From: Azolla caroliniana
Taxonomy: Eukaryota > Plantae > Polypodiophyta
NCBI GenBank assembly: GCA_043228905.1
Contig: JBHGNT010000007.1
Coordinates: 4,650,001 to 4,714,000, forward strand
Direction: 5' to 3'
Length of the DNA stretch: 64,000 nt
Within the stretch, counting starts at the first letter, position 1. The number at the start of each line of letters is the position of its first letter. Under the pieces are notes generated by a model. It did not search any database. It was not told where the DNA came from and worked only from the letters and a program-made list of their open reading frames with translations. Below are positions 34,390 to 46,730 of the stretch, piece by piece. A program made the translations under genes and the position numbers.

Positions 34390-37300
34390 GATATGGAAGA
34401 AAAATCCAAGACAAAGAAGAGGACAAGGAGGGGTGGCATGTTTGATTAAGAAGGAAATAGAGAAATATGTGTCAATCATAAAAAATGATGAACATAAATG
34501 CTACATATGGCTCAAAATAGAAACACCTGATGATTTGCCCACTTTTGTAGTTGGATGTTACATTCCTCATCAAGATTCTAACTTTTATGCTTGTTTGGAT
34601 AAAGATCAACCGTTTGCCAATCTAGAAGATGATATTGCTTATTTCAAATCCAAAGGGGAAGTTATTGTCTTTGGTGACATGAATGCTCGTGCAAGAAGTT
34701 TCCAACTTGATTCACAAGAATCTTTCATGCCACATATCTCAAGGATGCAAGAGGATATGCAAATGTATAACCGCTCTTCTATCGATGAAAAAGATCCGGA
34801 CCAATTTGGGAAGTTACTCCTACAAATGTGCAATAGTACTGGATTGCTTATTGCAAATGGTATTTCCTTATGGCCCAACACTAATGGTTTTACATGTAGA
34901 AAACACAACGGAAATAGTGTGATTGACTATGTGCTACTTTTCGAATGTATCTTGGATCGTATACATAAATTCTCACTTGGTGAATGGACACCGGAATCCG
35001 ATCATAGGCCTTTATGTATTGATCTCAAATGTATGCATAGGTTTGATTGTGAGAAGGCTATTGAAGATAATAAACAACCGCACTTGAGCATGAACCTTAA
35101 GCGAGCACCCATGTATTCCAAGATGGTTGAGGATATGTTACAAATGACAAAGATACAACATGGTGCCACACTAGAATGCAAATGGGAAGCTTTCAAGAAA
35201 GTCATTCTCTCATGTACAAACAAATGTTTTTCGACCAACCGCACATCTTGGAAATGCACCAAGAAACTTAGGAAAAAATGGTTTGATAAAGAATGTCATG
35301 AAGCTCGAAAGTGCCTTATGGTTTTGGATGTAGTTAAGGATAAAGAGAATTACCAAAAGCATTTGCATGAGTATAAAAGGCTTATTCAAAGAAAGAGAAG
35401 AATATGGGAAGTTACTCAACAATTTATCCAAACGCAAGAGAAAGCACATGCATGTGCTAAATTTTGGGGAAACTTAAAGGGAAAACGTGTTGAGAGTTAT
35501 GGTGACTTAACTCTTCACAACTTGTCTATGCATTGTAAGAATTTATATGAGTTATCTCTTGCCGGAAAGATGATGTGTTATGGTTCTCTTTCACATATGC
35601 CTCCCTTCTTTAAGAAATATGCATTGAAGATATATGCATAGGACTTAAGAAATTGGCCTCTCGAAAGGCAAGCGATCTTCAATGTATAAAGGCTAAAATG
35701 CTCAAATGGACGGGAAAGGAAGCACATATATGGATAACGGATATGTTTAATGATGCATTGCAACATGGTATGCCGTACGATTGGACTACAAATTGGATCA
35801 AACCTTTACATAAAGGTGGAGATATAAATAATGTAAACAACTATCGAACCATCATGGTTGGCTCATTAATGGCAAAACTATTTGGATGTATAATGGAATC
35901 AAAGATAAGTGTATGGGCTGAAAAAAGTGGTAAGAGAGCTTATGGACAAGCTGGCTTTCGGAAACACCATAGCACCATTGATCACCTTATCACCCTTCAA
36001 GTATTAATGGAGGAAAGTCGCCTTAGAGGTAAAGGTTTATATTGTTGCTTTGTAGACTTCAAGAAAGCTTTTGATATGGTACCTCGTGAGCATCTTTGGA
36101 GGCGAATGGAAGAACTTGAGGTGCCAAGTGAATATATGCTTGCAATTTCCCGAATTTATGAGAAGGTTATATGTTGTGTGCGTATGAGAGATAAACTTTC
36201 AGATTTTTTCAAAAGCACTATTGGTGTTAAGCAAGGATGCCCACTCTCACCAACACTATTTGGTCTATGCATTGATGAATTGGAAGAAATGGTTACCAAG
36301 TTTGCAAAGGAAGAATGTATTGAAGAAGTTGCCATTGGGAATGTTGTAATTATGCTTTTGCTATATGCAGATGATGTAGTGCTTTTTGCAAATACTTTAG
36401 GAGATGCACAAAAGCTTATGAAGGCATTAGAAAAAATTTGCATGCATACTAAATTAAGTGTCAATAGCTCTAAAACAAAGATTATGCTTGTGAAGAGCCA
36501 AAAAAGAGATAAACCATGCATTATCTACAACAATGAGCCACTTGAATGTGTGGAAAGCTTCAAATATCTTGGCCTTGAAGTTCCTTCAAATCATAGATGG
36601 ACTGAATGTGCTACACGCCGCTTAGAGGCGGGCAAGTGAGCATACTATGCATTTGAGAACACATGCAATCTTGGAGATATTAAGTGTTGGGTCCTCAAGA
36701 AATATCTTTTCGACACTTTGGTGACACCAGTTCTTCTCTATGGGGTGGAAGTATGGGGCGGTAGCATCCCTAAATCTATGTGGAAAGAGTTTGAAAATGT
36801 CCAAAAGCATTTTCTTACCAAGTTTCTACAAGTTAAGAAACAAACGCCCTACACCCTCCTCCTCCTTGAGACGGGATCGCTTCCCATTGAGATCATGGCC
36901 ATGGAAAGGGTTGTTGAATACATGCTTAAGGTTCAAAAAAGTCCCTCACATCAACTTCCTAGAATTGCATGGGAAGCAAGCAAAAAGATCCAAAAGACAC
37001 ATAAAAGCAAAATTTTGTGTTCCGGTTGGTTGCAAGATATAGAAAAATGGTTTGGTAGATGGGATGTGAGGCACTTGCTTCATGATGCATCATTAGATTC
37101 CTCTGTAAATGAGGCATTTTTGCAACGCCAATGTATCATGACATGGGACAAATGTGGAGGCTCACGCTTCACACATTATACTACACATGTTGCACCTAAC
37201 TACAAAACCATATTCTTTGCGGAACGAGGAAATCGTACACATCCATACATGTTAGAGCCCATACCGTTATCTTCCATTCGAACCATTGCTTCCATGCGAC

Positions 37301-37641
37301 TTAGCTCACATGCATTGCGATGTGAAACAGGGTGTTGGGGTACAAGTGATGAGAGTGGTCGGCTATGCACACTTTGCCCTAAACAAGTTCGTGAGTCTGA
37401 GTATCACACTTTGATACAATGCTTTGCCTTTGATCATATTCGACCATGCTTTCCACATCTCTTCGATCGAGCCCAATCTTTTCATGAATTCCTCTCACAA
37501 CCACAATGTGCACTCTCAATTGCAACATTCATTGGTAAAGTTCTTGAACATCGAGAGTCACTACTCACTTTCACACGTATCACGTGAAATGTAATTTTTT
37601 GGTCTCATAGGTCATATTTGACCTCCGAAGACGATAATATA

Positions 37642-37680
<39 letters not shown>
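34390..37680 (+). mobile_element. 5'-truncated non-LTR retrotransposon (APE endonuclease + RT + C-terminal CCHC; RTEX-like) with (TCTA)n tail
   Basis: Endonuclease motifs GQGGVACLIK, GCYIP, GDMNAR, SVIDYVL and SDHRP. RT motifs NYRTI, QAGFR, FVDFKKAFD, GVKQGCPLSPTLF, YADD and FKYLG. C-terminus RLSSHALRCETG...CTLC...ESEYHTLIQC. Only one frameshift (about 35610-35650) and one in-frame TGA (36637). The tail is at 37642-37680. The clade assignment is inferred. Confidence 0.92.
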
Positions 37681-37681
<1 letters not shown>

Positions 37682-38464
37682 CTCTCTCTCAATTCGTAAA
37701 AGTTGATGGTTGGTAATCAAAGTTAAACTACAATGTTTTGAACATGGCAATTTAACTTTGGTGAATCATTGTTGCACAAGTTGTTATGCGAGATTGTTTT
37801 CAAAGAGGGGAATGAACAAGTAGAAATGATTTATGGATATTACGGATTATGCTAGCAACCAATTTAGACCCTATATCCAAAAAACCTAAGATAGAATGCT
37901 TAAAAAAACTCATAGTTCCCAATTAGGTGACTAGGAAAGATAAAAGCAACTCAATAAATATCTCCTTTGTAGATATCGTGGATTGTGCTACTACTTGATT
38001 ATGAACACATCAAAGTTGTAACCTACTTACGTCTCGCTTAAATAGGGTAGTAATTCTAAACTTACATAAATAGCATAAATAAATAAGAGTAAGAACTTGA
38101 TTGTGGTGTGTGACTTTGAGAAACTTCAAAGGTAGGCAAATTGTTGGAAATTGGGAAGCCACTCTTCGTAATGCCAACAATTCAAGTGAATAAGATCATC
38201 CACTTATGTAAATTTCAAAGTTAAAGTGAGAGACCTAATGTAAGCCATCCATGGGAAATCGGAAAGTAACTCTCGTTTTCATGTGAGTCGTATAAAAAAG
38301 CAAGAGTGTTGAGTGTGCATTACGCATAACTCCTTGAGAATGATAGATAAATTTTAATATCATATGATAGATACATATGGGATCAATGGTACGTGGTGAG
38401 CATGATATGATGCTAGGTGATGACCATGCATAGGTCTAGGGATATTATATATAGAGAAGTGATA

Positions 38465-38990
38465 TAGAACTAAAAAATATAGTTTTTCGGAGAATCAAGT
38501 GTATATACTCCATGAAATAGATTTAATAAGATGAGTAAGATGTGTGATATGTGTTGTGTGTGGGAAGGAGAGATAGATGGATTTAAACCAATTTTATTGG
38601 CACCGCCAAAGGTCAAATATGACTCGTAGGACCAAACTAAGTAAATCATTCTTAGATGATTGTTACAATTTGTGTGGTAGTTACACATGATAACCAAATG
38701 GTGAACATGCAAGAGAGCCTTGTGACGAGCATGAATTGATGCCAGTTGGTGAGCATGCATTGGCACTAGGTGGTAAGTTTGTAACCATGCACAGGTCCAA
38801 TATATTACAATTGAGAAGTGATGTAAAGAACTAGAGAATAAAGCTCTTGGGAAAATCAAGTGTATATATGCCATGAAATATATCAAGTGAGGTGTGTGTG
38901 TCTGACACAAAAAGATAGACATTGATAGATTTTATTATCGTCCTCAAAGGTCATATATGACCAAATGGAACCAAACTAAGTGAATCAGTT
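38465..38990. repeat. Dispersed direct duplication of about 170 bp (period about 360)
   Basis: AGAACTA...AATCAAGTGTATATA..CCATGAAATA ... AAAGGTCA.ATATGAC...ACCAAACTAAGT occurs at about 38466 and about 38827. Confidence 0.7.
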
Positions 38991-40270
38991 TTACATACTG
39001 TGTGAGGAATTGCATAATGACTATTGATATTCAAGAAGTTTAGAGCTAGAATTTGAAATGTTCAAAGCTCTTTTTATAGTCTTCAAGTTAATTTATTTGC
39101 CCAAGACTAAAGATGTTATTATTCCGTGCCAGTAGCAAGTAGTTGTTGAATAATAACATTAGATAAGCAATTCACATTTTCTATCTTCCTATTTGTCACC
39201 AACTTTAAACATGCTCATGTATGAACATTGAATCACATTGCTTTTATCCTATGTACACGTTTCACTCACTTCAAACTCTAATGCCTATTGCGTGTTTTTT
39301 TGCCATTACCGTTAGTTTGCTCATTTCACCATGTGCTCATGATTCCATATGTATTCTCAAATGTTAAAGGTGAACCTAAACTTAACTATTATTGGGAACA
39401 CAAGAATGATAATTCAAGTACATAGACTAGACGAAATGATGCATTAGAATTAGGGCAAAGTACAAAAGCTCGTAACAACCAACACATGCATTAGTACGAA
39501 TCTCTAGAAATGATGTACTCATAAGATCTTGAGAAATGATACGAAGATTAAAAGATCTCTTATGGATTATATATATATATATATTGAATAAACCAATCCA
39601 ACACACCCAAAATTGTGAACAACATGGTTTCAACCTTTGATAAATCTAGCAACACTTTCTTGTCTCTTCTTTGCCTAACTACAAGTGGATGATGGGCTTG
39701 GGGACCAATGTCAATAAAAAAATAACTAGGACTAGAGCAACCAATACTCGAATTTTGTCCATACCACACTATTCCAAAGCACAAGTTGCTACTCTCATGA
39801 GGGACAATACCGCACACAGCCCCTCTTAAGCATCTAATGCAAATTTCAATTAAAGAATCACTAAGAAGCTAGTAAATCAAAACCTACATTTTATCCCTAC
39901 TACACTCTATCCCAATGCACCTGCAAATTGTGAGAGAAAATTTTCGTGCACATCAATCAACCTCTTCCAAAGTATCTAATTCTTCGAGACTCTCTTATGT
40001 TTATGTATGATGTTGCATATCATGGCTACGCAAGTAAAATCCATCTCAATGCCTCCATATCGAGCTCGGAATCACGCGCCAAATGATGCTTTTGACCAGC
40101 CAGCCTTCTTGTTCACTATTCTTGATCGATATCGTCCACAAAGAGATTGTCCACAAATGTCAAGCTCTCGAGGGATTCAAGTTCATGGTGCTCCACTTCA
40201 TCCATCATTAGGGAGCCTGTGAAATCAATTAATCCAAATGATGAGCCCACTCATATAGGGACGGGCGATA

Positions 40271-41086
40271 CTACCTACATGCTTGTGAGAGAAATGTTTG
40301 TTTACCCATGGAATTAGGGTTTATATCATCAAACTCTAGACTTGAGTTTCCGACCCCGGAATCAATGGTGGTAGTTGTGTCCAAAACCGAGGTAGGAGAA
40401 TTCACTACTCCTGCCACCGGCAACAACAAACCGACATCTTCAAAATGACTAGGAACATGAGGATTTCCTGCAAGAGAGCATCTATTTAGAAGCTTTATGC
40501 CGTCCCTATAAGTAAGGTTGTAAACGTTGGTAGATTCATCATAATGGCCTTTGATTAGGTCATCTTGAACATCTTGGGGTTCAACCATATGTCTCCCTTC
40601 GCCTCCACATAACAACACTTCCGGCCGTCCGGGTTGTTGACGATTGGACATGCCGGCTTCGGGCCGTGGCCGTAGTTTTCCGAGACAAGAAATGTCCCGA
40701 AGGTTGGAAAGCTTCACTTTCCTGACCTTCTCCTTGCATATATCTTTTTGCTTACCATCGATCCTCACCGAAGTAGCCGCTGCCTTGTGCGAGTTTCTCG
40801 AAGAAGGAGAAGAAGAGATAGCATTACGCTTGGTAGATCGGGATTGTGGGATTGTGGACATAGCCTCGGCAAGTCGAGCACGGTGGAGAGGCGGAGCTCG
40901 GGACCAGTTCGAGGAAGTCGAAGATGTAGATGTAGAACAAGAACAAGATGATGATAATGATGATGAAGAAGAAGAAGAAGAAGAAGAAGAAGAAGGTTCT
41001 CCATCGCTTGAGGAGGATGAAGAGGTGTCTGTAGCATCTGGGTCAGTGCATATAACTCGAATTCTCCTCTTACTGATTGCCTCCAT
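40271..41086 (-). CDS. Cytokinin response factor (CRF)-domain ORF lacking an AP2/ERF domain (gene or decaying pseudogene)
   Basis: The N-terminal RRIRVICTDPDATDTSSS..D is the CRF-domain signature, and VNSPTSVL is the CRF SP(T/V)SVL motif. No RGVR..WG.W/WLGT AP2 motif lies between them. An acidic tail and DSELDMEALRWI occur downstream in other frames (40026-40216). Confidence 0.7.
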   Translation of the reverse strand: MEAISKRRIRVICTDPDATDTSSSSSSDGEPSSSSSSSSSSSSLSSSCSCSTSTSSTSSNWSRAPPLHRARLAEAMSTIPQSRSTKRNAISSSPSSRNSHKAAATSVRIDGKQKDICKEKVRKVKLSNLRDISCLGKLRPRPEAGMSNRQQPGRPEVLLCGGEGRHMVEPQDVQDDLIKGHYDESTNVYNLTYRDGIKLLNRCSLAGNPHVPSHFEDVGLLLPVAGVVNSPTSVLDTTTTIDSGVGNSSLEFDDINPNSMGKQTFLSQACR

Positions 41087-41339
41087 TGGTGCTTTTTACT
41101 TTGGTTCTGTATCACATAGAATTATAATTGGATTGAGCTCCTCCCTAAGAAGTGCCACAAATTGGGAAGTTCCTCTCTTTGTTGTGACATATCTTCAAAA
41201 AGGAGAAACTCTCTTTGCATATTTTTGGTGACCCCAAAAAAACTAAAAGCGGTGTGTGTGTCTGTGTTTTTGTATCCTTCATGCTCCATTCAGATCATGC
41301 CACCCGGTGCTTTTATGGTCTCCTTTCCACATTGGGCCT

Positions 41340-41985
41340 CATATCGAATGTCTGCCTGCCCATCTTGTCGGTTTTCTCGGGTCTTGTGGTCTACATCTTG
41401 AACTTCATGTAGCTACCCGTCCATCTATCAGTCGGTCCATCCCATGTTTCCTTCCTTGGGTCTTGTGGCCTACCTACATCTTGAACTTCTTGCAGCTACC
41501 CGCCCATCTATTGGTCTAGCATCCCCTGTTTCCTTGGGTCTTGTGGCTTGCATCTTGAACTTCAAACAACAACGACAATATCGGTCGGTCATCATGTGCA
41601 GTTTGATCATGCTTTGTGAGCATCCTGGCCTTCATCCTCCCCTTGGGTCACAAACAACGACAATTACCCAGAGAGCTTGGTTTTCTAGTACCAAATATTA
41701 GCTTTGCCTCTAGAATACACATTTAGTTATTTCTTTGGCAGCCTCATTTGTTGGCAATATATGCTATCCAACTCAAGGTTGTTACCCAGTGATGTTTGAT
41801 TGTGCCTTGTGGGTATCCTGGCCTCATCCTCCCCTTGGGTCACAAACAACGAGGATGCACCGAAGAGCTTGGATTTCTAGTATCGATATTAGCTTTGCCT
41901 CTAGAATACACATTTTATTATTTCTTTGGAAGCCTCTTTAGTTGGAAATACGAGCTTTCAGTTATCCAACTCAAGATTGTAGATA
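41340..41985. repeat. Two repeat arrays upstream of the CRF-like ORF (about 75 bp x3; about 195 bp x2)
   Basis: GGGTCTTGTGG..TACATCTTGAACTTC-type unit x3 (41378-41562). ATCCTGGCC.TCATCCTCCCCTTGGGTCACAAACAACGA...TAGCTTTGCCTCTAGAATACACATTT occurs at about 41621 and about 41814. Confidence 0.85.
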
Positions 41986-44589
41986 TCTTGATTCACAAAT
42001 TATTTGAAGATTTGGCTTTGAATAATGTTACTAGGAAGAGGCAATCCATTGATTTGGAAAGCCTTAAATGTTTTGAAGACCCTTGAAGCTAGGGAAGTTT
42101 ATGGTTAGAAATGGTTATAATTTTCCATGTCCATATTCTTTGTAAACCAATGCCACATGATATTTATACTTCTTGTCCCATATATGTTGGTTTTTGTCAA
42201 TTTTCTTATTCTTTCTGTTTGGATTCTAACCTTTTGGACATGTTTGGAAATTAGAAACAATTCTTCACATTGTATGTATTGCCTTGTTATAATTTAAGCA
42301 TTACCCACATAACGTGTATAATTAAAACTTTTTTCCTAAATCCTATATTTCTTGGATGAAAATGTGGTTGTTCTTGTGGGCATTGAATTGTAAACAATAA
42401 TGAACCCGTTCGAGGACCCTACTTTGAAAGTTTGAATGAAAATATTCTTGTGATTTTGTATTGGCTATAATTTAATGGATGTTCTGTGCAATAACTATTT
42501 GAGTTTTGTAGTTTTAGTACAAGATGTTTTTATCTTGGGAATTTTGCTTGTGGAAGGAAATATATTCACCAACTACAATATTGTTCCATATTGGTCATCG
42601 CACATAAAATCGTCGTTAACTTGTTTACTTCAATATATTCACAAAATAAGAGGAATACATCACATTGCATTACTCACACAATGCCCATTAAGAATTATTG
42701 AACGTTTTTGCTAAAGAATATAACTTAATTCATTTATAATAATTGTGTGTTTTAAGTAATTTCCATTGTAATTTGTCATGATCTATCTTCTTTCTTTCCT
42801 TTTTTCCAAAAATTTACTATTTCCTATTGAGATATTAAGCTCAACTAGGTTTAGTTATTTTGTCAATTATGTAACTTAGTAGTTACATACATAGAATCTA
42901 GTTAGTGTGTTGACTTTAAACCCTTAAATATGATTTTGTACTGGGGATACATTCTAGATCTTCCACTACCAAGTTCATGTAATATAAGACTTACATCCTT
43001 GTACCTATATTCTCCTCACACATGTGCACCTTTTTACATTAGAGGTATGTACTATACATACCTCATTGTGAGTATTTTTGTAATTGATGCTTATTAATAC
43101 AGAGAAAGGTCTTCAAGCTACTCTCTTGTTAATCATCCCACATTTACCTTATTGTTCATAAGTGTATATCCTCTCTATCTCTCATTTAATTTCCTTACTC
43201 TCACACTCACACTCACACTCACACTCACACATACACACATATCACATTGTCTCTTGTTGCTTAATCACATACGTGATTAACTACTTACATAATCAAATAC
43301 TAGTTAACCCTTAGTTTAAGTACTTAATTATTTACACTTCCATTAGTTAAGTCTATGTACATAGGATAGTACACAACATCTCATATCATACAAGCCAACT
43401 TTCATGGCTACCAGGCTACGTAGAGAACAAGCATGTACAAAGGAATCAACAAAAAATAAGCTAATAATCACCATATCAATAGAGACGAACAGAGACGGAT
43501 GAGCAACCTTCATGCCATGGATATGAGCCACGAAACATATGAGTCCCCCACCAATTGTTCCACTTACAAGTGCCATTTATAGTGCACCCTCTTAGTTGTG
43601 AGCCACTTCCAACCCTCACACCAAAACCGAATTTCAGCATAGACATCCTCCAATCTCCTCATGTGGCAATGCCCACCTATTTGCGATTTTTGATGCCCTC
43701 GGAGGGAACAACCACCGTGGAGGTTGATAATCCATTTGGCATTGCCATCCACCATCTGCAACATCTGAGAACCTCCCCATTTTAGGAGGGAACGACCTGT
43801 AGCGACTTCACTTTATACTATTAACCTTCTTTATACGACAACGAGCCCTTATGATATATTTGTAAGAACTTGGCCAATAAATAATTTATTTTATATTTAA
43901 TTACGAATTATAAATAGTCTGAAAGAGATGATGAAATAGAAAACGAATGAGCCAAATCCTCGTTCAACAGTCTTAGCAACCATAAGAATAATATCCAAAT
44001 AAGAAGCAACTTATATCTTCCAATAAACCATTCTCTACCAAGATTGTAGCAAGACTAAGCCTACCAATATTGTCATTCCAGGCTCGTAGAGAAATTATGC
44101 TTTCCTTTAATTGGCTAGTTCAAGTCCATTTATTTATATTCATAACTTAAGTTTTTTTGCCTTATTCTTGTTTTAGATTCTCATATTTAGGCATTTTTTA
44201 CTGTTCCATGCTCCCACACTCATTAAACCACACACAAGATTAAGTTTTTGTATACATAGACATAGGGACACCTTAGCATGGACACATAACATTCACACGT
44301 TTTGATGCGTATAATGACATAGCATGCACATGTGACATACTCGATGTATCCATACAAGAGGCATATAATTATGGGAAACTAGATAAGTGATTAAACAAAA
44401 AACTTATTCAAAACACAACAAAAACATACACACAAGCTAAAATATGACAAAAGACATGTCGAGCAAAACATTTATATATACATTACCAATACACAACGCA
44501 AGCCTACTTTTACTTGCATCAAGCCCAAATCATTGTGCATCAACACCCTTATCACACTGTATTGACTTTGGGCTAAATCACATGGAATA

Positions 44590-45105
44590 AATGGTTTGGA
44601 TGGTAGGCAATGGGATGGGCTCTAACATGTATTAATATGTGTGGTGTCCCCATTATGCAAAGAATATAGTTATGTAGTTGGTTGCAATATATGCAGTATA
44701 TTGTGTTAGCCTCACGTTTTCCCATGTCATGATACATTGGGGTTGCAAAAAGGACTCATTCACATAGGAAACTATTGATGCATCATGAATCAAGTGTGTT
44801 GCATACCAACTTACAAACCATTTTTCCATATCTTGCATCTAATCGGAACATACAAAATTTGCTTTTATGTGTCTTTTTGGATTTGTTTTCTTGCTTCCTA
44901 TGTGATTATAGAAAGTTGATGTGGGAAACCTTTTGAACCTTAAGCATGTATTAATAAACAAATTCCATGGCCATAATCTTAACGAGAGGTGATCCCAATA
45001 CAAGAAGTAATAGTGTATATGAGGTTTGTTTCTTGACTTGGAGAAACCTAATAAGAGAATACTTCCAAGTGTATCTAGGGATGATGGTAGGCATGGAATC
45101 AAAGC
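44590..45105 (-). mobile_element. Decayed 3' fragment of the same LINE family, opposite strand
   Basis: Translations RFLQVKKQTSYTLLLL..GSPLVKIMAME and MQDMEKWFVSW..HLIHDAS...QCIMTWE match the LINE ORF 36718-37587. Confidence 0.85.
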
Positions 45106-46420
45106 ATATCAGTGAAAGTTGAATAGAATATTGATGTAGTAATTTTCTTAATGGGAGAGCAAGTAAATCTTTTTTCCTCGGTGGAGCATTCATCTTGCCT
45201 ATTGGCAATTGAACATGTCACATTACGGTTGTATAAATCCTTTCCCCAATGGAGGGTTCATCTTGCCTATTGAACCCATGACAATGATGTATCTAGATAG
45301 AGATGAGGGATGTCATGAAAAGTCTCATTAATTTTTTGGTGAGCTGATAGGATATCATATTCCGTCTATTGTTGTAAATTCACTTTCATAATTAATACCA
45401 TAGTATTTATGAAAATAAAAGAGAGAAAGATGATCATGAAAAATGAAGAAGGTGAAGTATAACGCCAATAATTTAGCTTTTATACTTATTCACAATTAAA
45501 GTGTCATGGTCTTGTTCCCTTTCACATCGTGTGGACACAAGGCTCTTGTCCTAATATCTAAATGTTCGACATGTTCTCTTTCTAGTCTCATGCAAATGGG
45601 AGTGTGCACATGACGAGTACTTCACATAGTTCGAGAGCTAAACATCTTGGGAAGTACATTAAGCATTTGTCGTTATTTTATTGGTGATTTTTATACAAGG
45701 ATGTTAACAACTATGTACATAATATTGTTGGTCAAGTGAATAAAGGGATACATCTTAAAATATTACTTTGTAGCATACTTTAAAAATTCCCAATTCACTT
45801 TGGGAATTTTTTTTGATGGATTTTATTGTTGAACTACTAGCAAGCTACAAAGATTCTAACTTTGTTTGGAAAGAGTCATGGATTTGCTTTACAATTTTGA
45901 AATTGTAACGAAAATTACACTTGGAACTTCACAAGTAGCGATTATTATGGCCTTCCCCACAACAAACAACATTTTGGTTCAGCTCACAAGTGCATTGCTA
46001 TGTATGAATTGCAATCCTCGCATCTCCATTCTAGGAATCTAGAGTGCACGACGATCATACTAGAGAGGAAAAAGACGGACAAGACAAACGAGAGGGGAGG
46101 AGGGAGAATATGCAATAAAGAGAGAACAAATTACAATCTATTGAGAGAAAGTGGAGTATGCATTAGAGAGAGAAAGGGTGGATCATAGAGGGACAAGATA
46201 GTGTGAGAAAGAAAGAGAGGATGAGATGGGAAAGCAGCCCTTTTTTTTGGAAAAAGAAAGAAAGAAAGAAAGAAAGAAAGAGGTGATGAGAACATTAAAG
46301 AAGGGAGGGGTGAATAATAAGAAAACAAAATGTCAAGAATAGAGACTAGAGTTATAGCATATCAATATGGGATATGAGTGAGAAAGCAAGATATATTAAC
46401 GTCAATAAAGGGTAATCATA

Positions 46421-46730
46421 ATCTCTACCACATTTATCCACTTGATCTCCTATTGTCCAAGTAGGATTCGAACCTCTGACCTCCCACTCATGGCACATGA
46501 GAGAGAGAGAGAGATCTTCTTAAGATCTATAGGACGGGGCTCAGCCCATTGGGAGGATTGAAATTTGGTTTTCTCAATCGTATGACTTTGATGCTAAGAT
46601 GTAAAACACCAAACCGAGAGAGAGAGCCCATATGGATGTAGCTCGGTTGGTAAGGTTGCCCAATGGAGAGCAGGTGGTCATAGGTTCAACCCCTACATTC
46701 CACAATGGTATCTAGTGAATTAAGAGATAT
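46421..46730. mobile_element. Two tRNA-derived SINE-like or pseudo-tRNA copies in inverted orientation
   Basis: The + copy at 46634-46703 reads GGATGTAGCTCGGTTGGTAAG (A box)...GGTCATAGGTTCAACCCCTAC (B box). The - copy at about 46421-46497 reads GGTCAGAGGTTCGAATCCTAC..ACAAT.GG.ATC.AGTG, sharing the downstream body. No convincing anticodon arm. Confidence 0.6.

Noticed and set aside
40644-41231. 195-aa antisense ORF opposite the CRF-like ORF
   Set aside because: Acidic low-complexity mirror of Ser codons; the motifs support the - strand.
43555-43810. Possible Gypsy 3' end (purine tract AGGAGGGAA followed by TGTAGCG)
   Set aside because: Suggestive only; no convincing protein motif or LTR pair.
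46634-46703. Functional tRNA gene
   Set aside because: A and B boxes are present but the anticodon and D stems do not pair properly; treated as SINE-like.
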